Origin: Patescibacteria group bacterium
Lineage (GTDB): Bacteria > Patescibacteriota > Minisyncoccia > UBA6257 > 2-01-FULL-56-20
DNA length: 64,000 nucleotides
Assembly (NCBI GenBank): GCA_024654525.1
Contig: JANLHI010000013.1
Span: 18,036 to 82,035 of the forward strand
Reading direction: 5' to 3'
Shown here: positions 27,726 through 36,604 of the stretch, one piece after another
Layout of the letters: each line of letters opens with the position of its first letter
Position numbering within the stretch: the stretch's first letter is position 1
The notes under the pieces: generated by a model
The model's database searches: none
The model's input: only the letters and a program-made list of their open reading frames with translations
What the model was told of the DNA's origin: nothing
Made by a program: the position numbers and the translations under genes

Positions 27726-30035
27726 ATGCATCGAAACACACTCATCGCTATTATCAAAACGCTGGTTTTCGCGGTGATTATAGGTACGCCTCTTCTCTAT
27801 TTTCCGTGGGGAGTATATCCCTATATTATCGTGAAGCAATCGTTTTTTCAGGCATTGATTGAAGTTATGTTTGCGTTATGGGCGATACTCGCCTATACCA
27901 CGCCGAAGTATCGTCCCCGCAAAACCCCCTTGCTTATTGCAGGAGGAGTGTTCCTTATGGTACTTTCTCTTGCGGCGCTATTCGGCGCAGATCCGTGGAG
28001 GAGTTTTTGGTCATCCTACGAACGTGGCGCCGGTGTGGTGGCTTTTTACCATCTTTTTGCTTTTGCGCTTATTCTCTCTTCTCTCACGAAAGAAATTCCT
28101 TGGAAAAAATTGTGGTATTCCTCAATTGCCGTGTCGCTATGTCTGGACGTGATTGCGTTCGTCCAACTTCATATTCCTGCGCTATTACTTATTGAAGATC
28201 CGGGAAGCCGTCCGGGGGCCACGTTTGGGAATCCGACGTTTCTCACGGGATATCTGGTATTTCAAGTGTTTTTGATTGTCTATCTTGTATTGGATATGGC
28301 GAGAGGTATGCAGAAAGAGGATGAATCTCCTCGGTATTTCAAATCGAAAATGATTTTTCTCGGAGTCGCATTTATAGCCGATATCGTCATGATTTTCTTT
28401 GCGCAAACACGAGGAGATATCGTGGCGCTCATGGCGGGATTCCTTGTCCTTTTTATTGCGCTGTTTCTTTCTCCTCCTCATTTTTTTCCACGCCCGTGGA
28501 ATTCGCGAAGAGCATATGCAATTTGTCTTACTGTACTGCTTGTGTCGGGCGGAATATTTTTTGTCACGCGCTCGTCTCCGGTATGGTCTTATGTGCCGGG
28601 GCTTTCTCGTTTCCAGTCCATCCCCCTTTCTCTTGATGCGCTGGAACACTCTGGAATCGCGCCGCGTATTTTTGCGCTTCGCGCGGCATGGCTCGGATTT
28701 CTTGAGAGGCCAATTTTGGGATGGGGTCCCGAAAACTACAATATTGTATTCAATAAGCATTACGATCCGCGCAGTTTGGAATATTCATATAATGAAACTC
28801 TTTTCGATAAACCTCACAATACATTAGTGGAATATCTTGTCGGAGGAGGAATTCTTTTGTTCCTTGCATTATGCGCACTATTCGCGAGCGCAACATACGA
28901 GGCGTTGCGATGCGGAGATAAAATATGGATACTTGTCTTCCCTGCTCTTTTGGTTGCGTATATTACCGGCGGACTTTTCATATTTGAGACAATAGGAGTG
29001 CTTGTTATGGTGTATGCGGTATTTGGCATGATAGATGGAATGCACAAGAGTTACACTTCTCGTTCCATGAAGGAAGAAAAAATAAATGCTTTATTATCGC
29101 ATTCCCGAAGGGATATTCGGAGTGTCACGGTTGCGGTGGCGGTGATTGGAAGCGGTATTCTTGCGTGGTATGTGAATGGGGGGCAGGTAATGGCATCGTA
29201 TCGGGGATACCGGAGTTTCAGTTATTTTTTACAACAAGATATTAAAGAAGGAATAAAGAGTTTCAAAGATTCGGTAGCAATACCAAATCCGTATTCATGG
29301 AACTTTGCGAGAGATTATGCGATTGCGGTTGCAGGCCAATATTTTAATTATCCGGGAACCGTGTCAGACGCCGATGTGCTTGATGCTGTTGCCGCAATGG
29401 AGTCAGTGAGGGATGAGCATCCTCATGACGCGTTTAATCACTACGAACTTGCAAATCTTTACAATGAAGTGGCGCGTATAGATATAGAAAAATATACGGC
29501 AGCCGCGGAACGAGAATTGGATATTGCGTTTACACAAAGTCCGCGTAGACAGGTGATATATTTCTATTTAGCGAAGACGTTCACTATAAAAGGGGAATAT
29601 GATCGTGCATTTATTGCGCTTAAAAAAGCGCTCGACGAAGATCCTAAAGTCCCCGATGCACATTTCTATTATGGGATTTTGGCATATGGCACGGGAGATT
29701 TCGATCTTGGATATAAGGAAATTAAAACCGCAATTGATATGGGGAGGGAATGGATAAATTTCAATGAAGCGAGAGTGGTGGGGAATTTCTTTGCAGGGTC
29801 GGGGCATGTCGATGATGCGATACTTGCCTATCATACTGCGCTTGGCATTAACTCCGATGACCTACAGTCGGCAACAAGCCTTGGATTGGCGTATTATCAA
29901 AAAAAAGATATCGTGAATGCGCATAAGTATTTAAGTGATGTTGCCGCTCGTGTGAACATGAGTAAGTTGCCAGATTACGCCGTGCGTATAAAGCCGGTGT
30001 TGGATGCCTTGGGAATTTCGAATTCCCCTCAATAG
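27726..30035 (+). CDS. O-antigen-ligase-like (Wzy_C) membrane protein with C-terminal TPR repeats
   Basis: About 10 TM helices. Wzy_C signature FDKPHNTLVEYLVGGGILLF. C-terminal TPR-like repeats. Confidence 0.8.
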   Translation: MHRNTLIAIIKTLVFAVIIGTPLLYFPWGVYPYIIVKQSFFQALIEVMFALWAILAYTTPKYRPRKTPLLIAGGVFLMVLSLAALFGADPWRSFWSSYERGAGVVAFYHLFAFALILSSLTKEIPWKKLWYSSIAVSLCLDVIAFVQLHIPALLLIEDPGSRPGATFGNPTFLTGYLVFQVFLIVYLVLDMARGMQKEDESPRYFKSKMIFLGVAFIADIVMIFFAQTRGDIVALMAGFLVLFIALFLSPPHFFPRPWNSRRAYAICLTVLLVSGGIFFVTRSSPVWSYVPGLSRFQSIPLSLDALEHSGIAPRIFALRAAWLGFLERPILGWGPENYNIVFNKHYDPRSLEYSYNETLFDKPHNTLVEYLVGGGILLFLALCALFASATYEALRCGDKIWILVFPALLVAYITGGLFIFETIGVLVMVYAVFGMIDGMHKSYTSRSMKEEKINALLSHSRRDIRSVTVAVAVIGSGILAWYVNGGQVMASYRGYRSFSYFLQQDIKEGIKSFKDSVAIPNPYSWNFARDYAIAVAGQYFNYPGTVSDADVLDAVAAMESVRDEHPHDAFNHYELANLYNEVARIDIEKYTAAAERELDIAFTQSPRRQVIYFYLAKTFTIKGEYDRAFIALKKALDEDPKVPDAHFYYGILAYGTGDFDLGYKEIKTAIDMGREWINFNEARVVGNFFAGSGHVDDAILAYHTALGINSDDLQSATSLGLAYYQKKDIVNAHKYLSDVAARVNMSKLPDYAVRIKPVLDALGISNSPQ

Positions 30036-30047
30036 ACGCATATTTCA

Positions 30048-32291
30048 ATGCAATCAAAAACACTTCTCAAAATAACCAATTTTTTCTTCTATGTGCTGAT
30101 TGTAGGTACCCCCCTTTTTTATTATAGGTGGGGAGTATATCCTTACGGACTTTCAAAGAGCTTGTTTTTCCAAGGAGTAGCCGAATGTTTTTTCGTGTCA
30201 TGGCTTATTCTTGCGATATATGACAAGCGGTTCCGTCCTTCGTGGACACCGCTTATGAAGGTGTTCGCGGGTTTTGGAACAGTATTGATTATTACCACGG
30301 TTGCCGGAGTGGATCCGTGGAGGAGTTTTTGGTCTACGCAGGAACGTGCCGTTGGCGTATTTACCATACTTCATCTTCTCGCAATAACCGTTGCGATAAG
30401 CGGACTTGCTCGCGTGATCAAAATGAATAAGTTTCTCTATGTGTCGCTTGGTACTGCGGCAATAGTGGGAATCATCTCATTTTTTCAGGTGTATGACCCC
30501 GGATTTCTTATAAGCGCTGATGGAGGAAAGCGTCCGGGAAGCACGTTCGGAAACCCCACATTTCTCGCGGGGTATATTGTGCCACATATTTTTCTTACCC
30601 TATATTTATTTTTACAATTATGGCAAGCGCGCATAGGAAAAAAAATGGCGTATTGGGGTCTTGCATTGCTCCTTGCGGTAAATGTGGGGACATTGTTTGT
30701 TACGCAAACGCGAGGTGATATTCTTGGGGTGATAGCAGGAGCCGTAGCATTGCTTATAATTTTTGCCGTACGCCCTCTTTCTCTCTCCGGAGTATTTGGA
30801 AAGAGAACGATATATATTGCGATATGCGTTTTAATACTTATTTCAGGAAGTGTGTTTTGGATCACGCGTACACACTCATTGTGGAGCGTGGTTCCTGGTC
30901 TTGAGCGGTTTCAGAGTGTTTCCCTTAATGACCGCTCTCTTGTGCCTCGTTTTATTGCACTTAATGCGGCATGGGAAGGATTCAAAGAGCGTCCGTTGCT
31001 TGGATGGGGATGGGATAACTTCAACATAGTATTCAATAAGCATTATGATCCTCGTGCGCTTGAGTCGGATTATGGAGAGACTCGCTTTGATAAACCTCAT
31101 AATTTTGTATTGGAATACCTTGTGATAGGAGGCGTGTTGCTGGGATTTGCATATTTGGCGGTGTTCGTTGCGTTATTTTTTGGATTATGGCGGATGCGCA
31201 ATCGTATATGGGGGAGTATTATGGTTGCCGCGATTGTAGCGTATATTGTAAGAAGTCTTTTTGTGTTTGAAACCATAGGACCTCTTCTCATGCTATATCT
31301 CGTAATAGGACTTACGGATGGCATGCGCGTGCGGGAAAAAAGCGACGCCAGCGTTTTAGAGGAAGGAAATGTCCGAGTGTCTCAAGGAATGCTCGTTGCG
31401 GGAGTTGTTGCCGTTATCATCCCTCTCTATGGAGTGAATATACTTTCGTTCCAAGCGTCACATTATCAGTTCCTTGGATTTAATAGTTTCTCCAACGGGC
31501 ACCCCACTGTTGCTATTCAAAACTTTAAAAAAGCATTGAATAATTGGAGTCCATACAGATGGAATCTTAAGCGTGATTATGCGACTGCGGTCGCGGAGGC
31601 GTATTTTTACAATCCCGACAAAATATCTTCCGATGATGCATGGAGGGCTATTCGTGCGATGGAGGAAGTAGTGCAGGAGCATCCGCAGGACGCATATAAC
31701 CACTATGCGCTGGTGGATATGTATAACCAGATATCCGATCTTTCTCCGGAGGTGCTTCTTCCTGCGGCGGAACGAGAAGCGGCGATTGCGTTGCAATTAA
31801 GTCCTCAAAGACAAGAGGTTTATTTTTCACTTGCGAAAACCTATGTGCTTGAAGGAAGAAATGAGGAGGCTCAAGCATTGTTGGAAAAAGCCATAGCGCT
31901 CGATCCGGATGTAGCCGATGCCCATTTTTATTACGGACTTGTGTTATTTACCACAAACAATCTTACTAAGGGGTATGACGAGATACAAAAGGGTCAAGCA
32001 TTGGGAAGAATATGGAAAAATCATAATGAAATGCGTGTGGTGGCGAATTATTTTGCCGATGCAGGACACCTTAATGAAGCAATCGCGTTATATGAAAAAG
32101 TGGTAGTAATTGACGTGAAAGATTTGGAAGCACGATCAAAACTTGGGATAGCGTATTTTATACAAGGGGATAGAGATCGTGCAAAACTGCATCTCGAAAT
32201 AGTGAATCGTGAGTTTGATCTCACAAAAAGTCCTTCGTATCAGGACATCAAACCGATACTTGACGCATTGGGTATTACGTTGGATAAATGA
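30048..32291 (+). CDS. O-antigen-ligase-like (Wzy_C) + TPR membrane protein, paralog of the previous gene
   Basis: Same architecture and clear sequence similarity to 27726-30035 (FDKPHNFVLEYLVIGGVLLGF). Tandem duplication. Confidence 0.8.
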   Translation: MQSKTLLKITNFFFYVLIVGTPLFYYRWGVYPYGLSKSLFFQGVAECFFVSWLILAIYDKRFRPSWTPLMKVFAGFGTVLIITTVAGVDPWRSFWSTQERAVGVFTILHLLAITVAISGLARVIKMNKFLYVSLGTAAIVGIISFFQVYDPGFLISADGGKRPGSTFGNPTFLAGYIVPHIFLTLYLFLQLWQARIGKKMAYWGLALLLAVNVGTLFVTQTRGDILGVIAGAVALLIIFAVRPLSLSGVFGKRTIYIAICVLILISGSVFWITRTHSLWSVVPGLERFQSVSLNDRSLVPRFIALNAAWEGFKERPLLGWGWDNFNIVFNKHYDPRALESDYGETRFDKPHNFVLEYLVIGGVLLGFAYLAVFVALFFGLWRMRNRIWGSIMVAAIVAYIVRSLFVFETIGPLLMLYLVIGLTDGMRVREKSDASVLEEGNVRVSQGMLVAGVVAVIIPLYGVNILSFQASHYQFLGFNSFSNGHPTVAIQNFKKALNNWSPYRWNLKRDYATAVAEAYFYNPDKISSDDAWRAIRAMEEVVQEHPQDAYNHYALVDMYNQISDLSPEVLLPAAEREAAIALQLSPQRQEVYFSLAKTYVLEGRNEEAQALLEKAIALDPDVADAHFYYGLVLFTTNNLTKGYDEIQKGQALGRIWKNHNEMRVVANYFADAGHLNEAIALYEKVVVIDVKDLEARSKLGIAYFIQGDRDRAKLHLEIVNREFDLTKSPSYQDIKPILDALGITLDK

Positions 32292-32415
32292 GGAAAAATG
32301 AATTCAGGTTTCAGATGTGCAAAGAGGGGTTGATTTTGCTACACTAATTGGTAGAGTAAATGTGTTGCGAGGTTGAAAGACAAAAGGTCGCTTAATTGTT
32401 TGGTAATAAATATCA

Positions 32416-32691
32416 ATGACAAAAGATGGATTGGTAGAAGCGGTAATGAAAGCCGCAGAAATTGAAACGAAAGCTGCAGCGCATCGTGCGGTGGAAGGAG
32501 TTTTCGACACGATTACCAAGGCATTAGGCCGTGGAGAGGATGTAGCAATCACGGGCTTTGGTACATTCCGCATAGTGAAGCGTGCCGCTCGACAAGGTAG
32601 GAATCCTAAAACGGGAGAGACCATCCAAATTGCCGCGTCGACAAAGCCTAAGTTTCGAGCAGGAAAGCTTTTGAAAGAGGCAGTTCAATAA
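32416..32691 (+). CDS. hup: DNA-binding protein HU
   Basis: 91 aa with the HU/IHF signature (GFGTFRIVKRAARQGRNPKTGETIQIAASTKPKFRAGK). Confidence 0.9.
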   Translation: MTKDGLVEAVMKAAEIETKAAAHRAVEGVFDTITKALGRGEDVAITGFGTFRIVKRAARQGRNPKTGETIQIAASTKPKFRAGKLLKEAVQ

Positions 32692-32713
32692 GCCTTTTCT
32701 TTAGTTGAATTTA

Positions 32714-32750
32714 AAACACCGCCTTGTGAGGAGGCGGTGTTTTGATTTTA
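32714..32750 (+). terminator. rho-independent terminator
   Basis: AACACCGCC-ttgtgagga-GGCGGTGTT hairpin then TTTGATTTT. Confidence 0.65.
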
Positions 32751-32767
32751 GGAGTTTGTGTAATCTC

Positions 32768-33529
32768 TTATTTATTCCTTTGAGGAAGAATTACGTTGAT
32801 AGAGTCACTTAATTTGATGAATGTCTGATAGGTGATTGCCAGTGCATCAAGGGAATATTTTATAAACGAAGAAGGATTACTTCCATTGATAAGTGCGGAT
32901 CCCGCTTGTGCATTGAATCCTTGCGCAGTTTGGAAATGAGAGGCAGATTCCTCGAATAGGGCTTGTATACCAGTTTGGTCAATTATCTTGAGAAGTTGTA
33001 CATTTCTGCGAAGTTCCTGCAATCGATTGGAAGCGATATCCATAAATCTTTTATTGTTAGCCCATGCAATAAACATGCGAATACGTTCTTGTTGGGGAAG
33101 GAAGGTGTTCATTCTCCATTCTCTCACATCACGGGCGATGTCTTTAGATCCTTGAATTCCTGCAGTGGCAATGTATTCGCGTTCCGTTTGATAGTATCGC
33201 GAAGCGTCATTGAGGGAAATGATGAGGTGTTCATACACGGTTTGCATTGTGGTGTCGTTCACGTGGATGCCTTCCATGTCTGTGCGGAGTCTTTGCACTT
33301 CCTCGTCAAGACAATCAAGGATGGAAAAAATGGCGCTTCTGCGCACTTCAAGTTCTTCGCGTATCGCATCTTGGCTGTTCGAGTTTGAAAATTTTCGCAA
33401 TGCGTCGAATACCTTTGTGTCAACAACACATGAAGACGACTGAAGGGGGGATTCCGCATGTGCAATCATATGGGAGGATGCAAAAGAAAGTGCGGTTACG
33501 CAGAGAGCGATACGTGCAATGTATTTCAT
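32768..33529 (-). CDS. secreted protein (hypothetical), last gene of the ECF-sigma operon
   Basis: Signal peptide MKYIARIALCVTALSFASSHMIAHA. The ORF is open upstream to 33568. Confidence 0.5.
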   Translation of the reverse strand: MKYIARIALCVTALSFASSHMIAHAESPLQSSSCVVDTKVFDALRKFSNSNSQDAIREELEVRRSAIFSILDCLDEEVQRLRTDMEGIHVNDTTMQTVYEHLIISLNDASRYYQTEREYIATAGIQGSKDIARDVREWRMNTFLPQQERIRMFIAWANNKRFMDIASNRLQELRRNVQLLKIIDQTGIQALFEESASHFQTAQGFNAQAGSALINGSNPSSFIKYSLDALAITYQTFIKLSDSINVILPQRNK

Positions 33530-33536
33530 AAGTATG

Positions 33537-34052
33537 TTATTCCGAGAGTTGTCGCAATGCTTCATCAAGAGTAAGAGGGGCTGTACTGGTTGTATCGTCG
33601 CTTGTGGACGAAGAAATCACAGAAGAGGAGTCAGGAGTTTGAGAGGAGACGGTTGCTGACTGGAAGGGAATCACCTCCGCGATGGTGGTCTCGACGCTGG
33701 AGACGGGTGTGATTATGGGGAGAGCCGATTCTTCGTAGCGAAGACCCGCGAGTTTAATTTGTATATCTATTGCTTGTGCTTCCGCCCGGAGTCCCGCAAG
33801 GTCAAGGCGAGAAATGCTCAATGGAGAGAATGATCTCCATACTGAAAATCCGGCAAAAAGAAGGAAAATACATAATCCCGCCAAGGCAACCGATGCGCCC
33901 ACTTCAAGATTTTCCAAAAACCAACCCCACACTATTCGAGGACGGCTTACTTTGGGAGAGGTATTCAAAATGACGCTACGGGAGTGAGCGTGATATTCGG
34001 GACTAGATTCGATTGCCCGAAGACTTTTAAGTGTGGTGAAAATATTTTTCAT
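33537..34052 (-). CDS. putative anti-sigma factor (single-pass membrane protein)
   Basis: Overlaps the sigma factor gene by 4 nt (ATGA). Cytoplasmic N-terminus, one TM helix, S/T-rich extracytoplasmic tail. Assignment is by context only. Confidence 0.4.
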   Translation of the reverse strand: MKNIFTTLKSLRAIESSPEYHAHSRSVILNTSPKVSRPRIVWGWFLENLEVGASVALAGLCIFLLFAGFSVWRSFSPLSISRLDLAGLRAEAQAIDIQIKLAGLRYEESALPIITPVSSVETTIAEVIPFQSATVSSQTPDSSSVISSSTSDDTTSTAPLTLDEALRQLSE

Positions 34053-34591
34053 GATTCTTGAGAGAGAATCGCGTGTAACGATTTTATAGCCCGATGTTGC
34101 ATAAGTTTTACTGCACCCTCTGTTTTTTCTAGAAGCATCGCCGTTTCCTTTATAGAGAGTTCTTCGATGAATCGGGTGATAATAATATCTTGATATTCCG
34201 GCTTCAACTTTTTCAATGCGACACGCACTTTATCGAGTTCAAGTTTGTGTTCCAGCGACAATGCATCACGCGAAGGAGATGGAAAATTTTCAGGGTCAAG
34301 CGCGTCTATAGAAATTGTCGGCTTTGCGGTGCGATAGTGGTCAATGATGCGGTTCCGTGCAATGCGGTATAACCAGCTTGAAAACGGAAACCCGAAATCC
34401 TTATAGTCGCCGATGTTGTGCCATGCGGAGAGAAACACTTCATGGGTGAGGTCCTCGGCTTCCTCACGGTGGCCTACTTTAAACAGTACAAACCGGTATA
34501 TTTTCGGTTGGTAAAAGTCATAGAGTTTGCCAAAAGCTGAGGCCTCACCCCTGACGGCGTTCTTGATTATTGTTTTCTCGCCATCCAGCAT
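34049..34591 (-). CDS. ECF-type RNA polymerase sigma-70 factor
   Basis: Sigma-70 region 2 (FGKLYDFYQPKIYRFVLFKV...EDLTHEVFLSAW) and region 4 (EYQDIIITRFIEELSIKETAMLLEKTEGAVKLMQHRAIKSL). The upstream part of the long ORF was rejected; start placed at MLDGEK. Confidence 0.8.
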   Translation of the reverse strand: MLDGEKTIIKNAVRGEASAFGKLYDFYQPKIYRFVLFKVGHREEAEDLTHEVFLSAWHNIGDYKDFGFPFSSWLYRIARNRIIDHYRTAKPTISIDALDPENFPSPSRDALSLEHKLELDKVRVALKKLKPEYQDIIITRFIEELSIKETAMLLEKTEGAVKLMQHRAIKSLHAILSQES

Positions 34592-34709
34592 AGGTAACGA
34601 ATAAATGAGTATTTGGTTACGGGTTATTATATGGAGTAATTGTACAACACTTATGGGGGTTGAGGGGTGTGAGTGTACGAGAAAAAGTACGCGGTGTAGG
34701 ATGTATGGT

Positions 34710-35168
34710 ATGAGTAGCGCGATACATTGGAAAGCCCCCGAGTATGAATATCGGGAAAAGGGAATCTCGTGGTATTGGATCACCATGATTGTCGCGGTGG
34801 GGTTTGTCGCGCTCGCCGCGTGGCAGAGAAATTTTCTTTTCGGAACATTTGTGGTGATTGCGGAATTGCTGGTGCTGATATGGGGGCATCGCGAACCAAA
34901 CATTATTGAATTTTCCGCCGACGAAAAAGAACTTGCGATTAATAACACGCGCTACGAGTGGGACGAGTTTTCAAGTTTTAGCGTGAGAGAGAGTGAAAAA
35001 GATTTAGTGTTTACGTTTCGTCCGCGAGGACGCATACGCATTGTCTTGCATGTGAGAGTTCCTCAAAGGCATATTGGAGATTTCAATGCGCTGATTAATG
35101 AAAAAGTTGTTCATGCGCAGGAAGATAGGTCATTGGTCGAGGTACTTGAAGAATTGCTTCGTTTTTAG
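34710..35168 (+). CDS. membrane protein (hypothetical)
   Basis: Divergent from the sigma factor gene. Two TM helices. Start chosen at an internal ATG. Confidence 0.4.
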   Translation: MSSAIHWKAPEYEYREKGISWYWITMIVAVGFVALAAWQRNFLFGTFVVIAELLVLIWGHREPNIIEFSADEKELAINNTRYEWDEFSSFSVRESEKDLVFTFRPRGRIRIVLHVRVPQRHIGDFNALINEKVVHAQEDRSLVEVLEELLRF

Positions 35169-35195
35169 GATAATACCCCGGCACACAGATAAGAT

Positions 35196-35267
35196 GTCCC
35201 CATAGCTCAACGGATAGAGCGTATCCCTGCGAAGGATGAGATAGAGGTTCAATTCCTCTTGGGGACA
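35196..35267 (+). tRNA. tRNA-Arg (anticodon GCG)
   Basis: Manual cloverleaf: acceptor GTCCCCA/TGGGGAC, D arm GCTC/GAGC, anticodon stem TATCC/GGATG with loop CTGCGAA, T arm AGAGG-TTCAATT-CCTCT. No CCA encoded. Confidence 0.8.
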
Positions 35268-35435
35268 CAATCGTTGTTTATAATTAGTGTCCCGAGGAAT
35301 TGAATGGGAAGGGGGTCGGGGAAACGGGAGTTTCACCGTGGCGGAAGCGTTGAAACCGCAGGGTTTCAAGGAGCGTAGCGACGTGAAATTCCTCTTGGGG
35401 ACACAATCGTTGTTTATAATTAGTGTCCCGAGGAA
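35251..35435 (+). repeat. 49-bp direct repeat pair (35251-35299 and 35387-35435) duplicating the tRNA-Arg 3' end plus 30 nt downstream
   Basis: AATTCCTCTTGGGGACACAATCGTTGTTTATAATTAGTGTCCCGAGGAA occurs twice 136 bp apart. Each copy contains the hairpin GGGACAC...GTGTCCC. Confidence 0.75.
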
Positions 35436-35456
35436 GGTAATATAATATTTATAAAT

Positions 35457-36032
35457 ATGACCACTAATCTCACGGAGCTTCCCTTTGATCTACCTCGCCC
35501 GCTCGACGATGGGGGAGCAGATCACCTAGTTTCCCTCCCAGTTCCAATAATGGATTTACCATCCACGAGCGGGAAATTAGTTTCAACCTCTCAATTCAAA
35601 AAAGGATTACATATTCTCTTCTGCTACCCCATGACCGGGAAGCCCGGTGTTGATTTGCCAAGTAGCTGGAACATTATTCCCGGCGCACGAGGATGCACCC
35701 CGGAGTGCTTAAAGTTTGCAATCCAGTATGGCGAGTTGTCCAAGTTGGGATTTTCTTTGTTTGGGGTAAGTACCCAGGGGCAGGAGTATCAGAAGGAGAT
35801 GACGGCACGTTTAGGTTTGCCCTTTGAAGTCTTGAGTGATGAGAAAATGCTTTTAACTAGGGCACTCCGACTTTCCACTATGGAAGTTGAAGGTAGAATT
35901 TTTCTGAAGAGGCTTACGCTTGTGATTAAGGACGGAGTTATTATTAAAATGTTTTATCCCGTGTTCCCTCCGGATAAGCACCCCGAGGAAGTGGCTTATT
36001 GGGCAAAGTGTTTTGTAAATCGTCAGAAATAA
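35457..36032 (+). CDS. peroxiredoxin (AhpC/TSA / Bcp-like thioredoxin-fold)
   Basis: Redoxin-like fold with the GCTPEC active-site region. Confidence 0.75.
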   Translation: MTTNLTELPFDLPRPLDDGGADHLVSLPVPIMDLPSTSGKLVSTSQFKKGLHILFCYPMTGKPGVDLPSSWNIIPGARGCTPECLKFAIQYGELSKLGFSLFGVSTQGQEYQKEMTARLGLPFEVLSDEKMLLTRALRLSTMEVEGRIFLKRLTLVIKDGVIIKMFYPVFPPDKHPEEVAYWAKCFVNRQK

Positions 36033-36166
36033 TTCCATTTTTTTTGTTTATCGAACCATTTGCGGAGTTTGCTGAATATTTTTTCAAAAGTTCGAGGCCT
36101 GTCTTGATATGGGGCATTCCTATAGAACAGACAAAAAGTAAATTCGAATTGTTATAATAAAAATAT

Positions 36167-36385
36167 ATGCATAATCCTCGGAGAATAATTTGGGTTGTGA
36201 TTGCGTTTGTGATTGCGGTGGTTGCATGGATGTGGTGGCAGAATGCCGCTATAAATAAGGGAAGTGAAAACGGAGAAACGTGGCAACCTCCATCTTTACA
36301 ATCGAATGGCGAGCCTTTTCGGGGTCCCGTGGGAGATCCTTTTATAGTGGGGCCTACAGAACCGCCTCCCGGGACCAGCCGTTGA
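36167..36385 (+). CDS. small membrane protein (hypothetical)
   Basis: 72-aa ORF with one TM helix and a Pro/Gly-rich tail. Confidence 0.3.
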   Translation: MHNPRRIIWVVIAFVIAVVAWMWWQNAAINKGSENGETWQPPSLQSNGEPFRGPVGDPFIVGPTEPPPGTSR

Positions 36386-36522
36386 GAATTTGGAATGAAG
36401 AATGTAGAATGGGGAGGCTAAAACTCACCGTCGCGGGTTACGCGGGCTTGTCCGAAGAAGTAGCGCGCCATGGTGAGTAAAAGCTTTCCTTCGCTAAAAT
36501 TACGGAGGGCAATGCGGGCGTC

Positions 36523-36594
36523 GTATAGTGGCCATTATATTTCCTTGCCAAGGAAAAGATGGGAGTTCGATTCTCCTCGCCCGCTCACTAAAAA
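36523..36594 (+). tRNA. tRNA-Gly (anticodon GCC)
   Basis: Acceptor GCGGGCG/CGCCCGC, anticodon stem TTTCC/GGAAA with loop TTGCCAA, T arm GGGAG-TTCGATT-CTCCT, discriminator U. Confidence 0.8.
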
Positions 36595-36604
36595 ATGTTT
36601 TGTA

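Noticed and set aside
34592-34948. N-terminal 119-aa extension of the sigma factor ORF (start at 34948).
   Set aside because: The extension has no sigma-70 region 1-like features and is low-complexity. The conserved region 2 begins right after an internal Met. It would also nearly abut the divergent gene.
35300-35436. Possible second tRNA after tRNA-Arg.
   Set aside because: Only the 3' T-stem and acceptor half is present (ATTCCTCTTGGGGACA). No matching 5' acceptor, D arm or anticodon arm could be built. It is a partial direct repeat, not a gene.
36400-36520. Long-range complementary 7-mers (ACTCACC...GGTGAGT) upstream of tRNA-Gly, considered as a tRNA or sRNA.
   Set aside because: No T-loop or anticodon-arm geometry on either strand. 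Too little evidence for a call.
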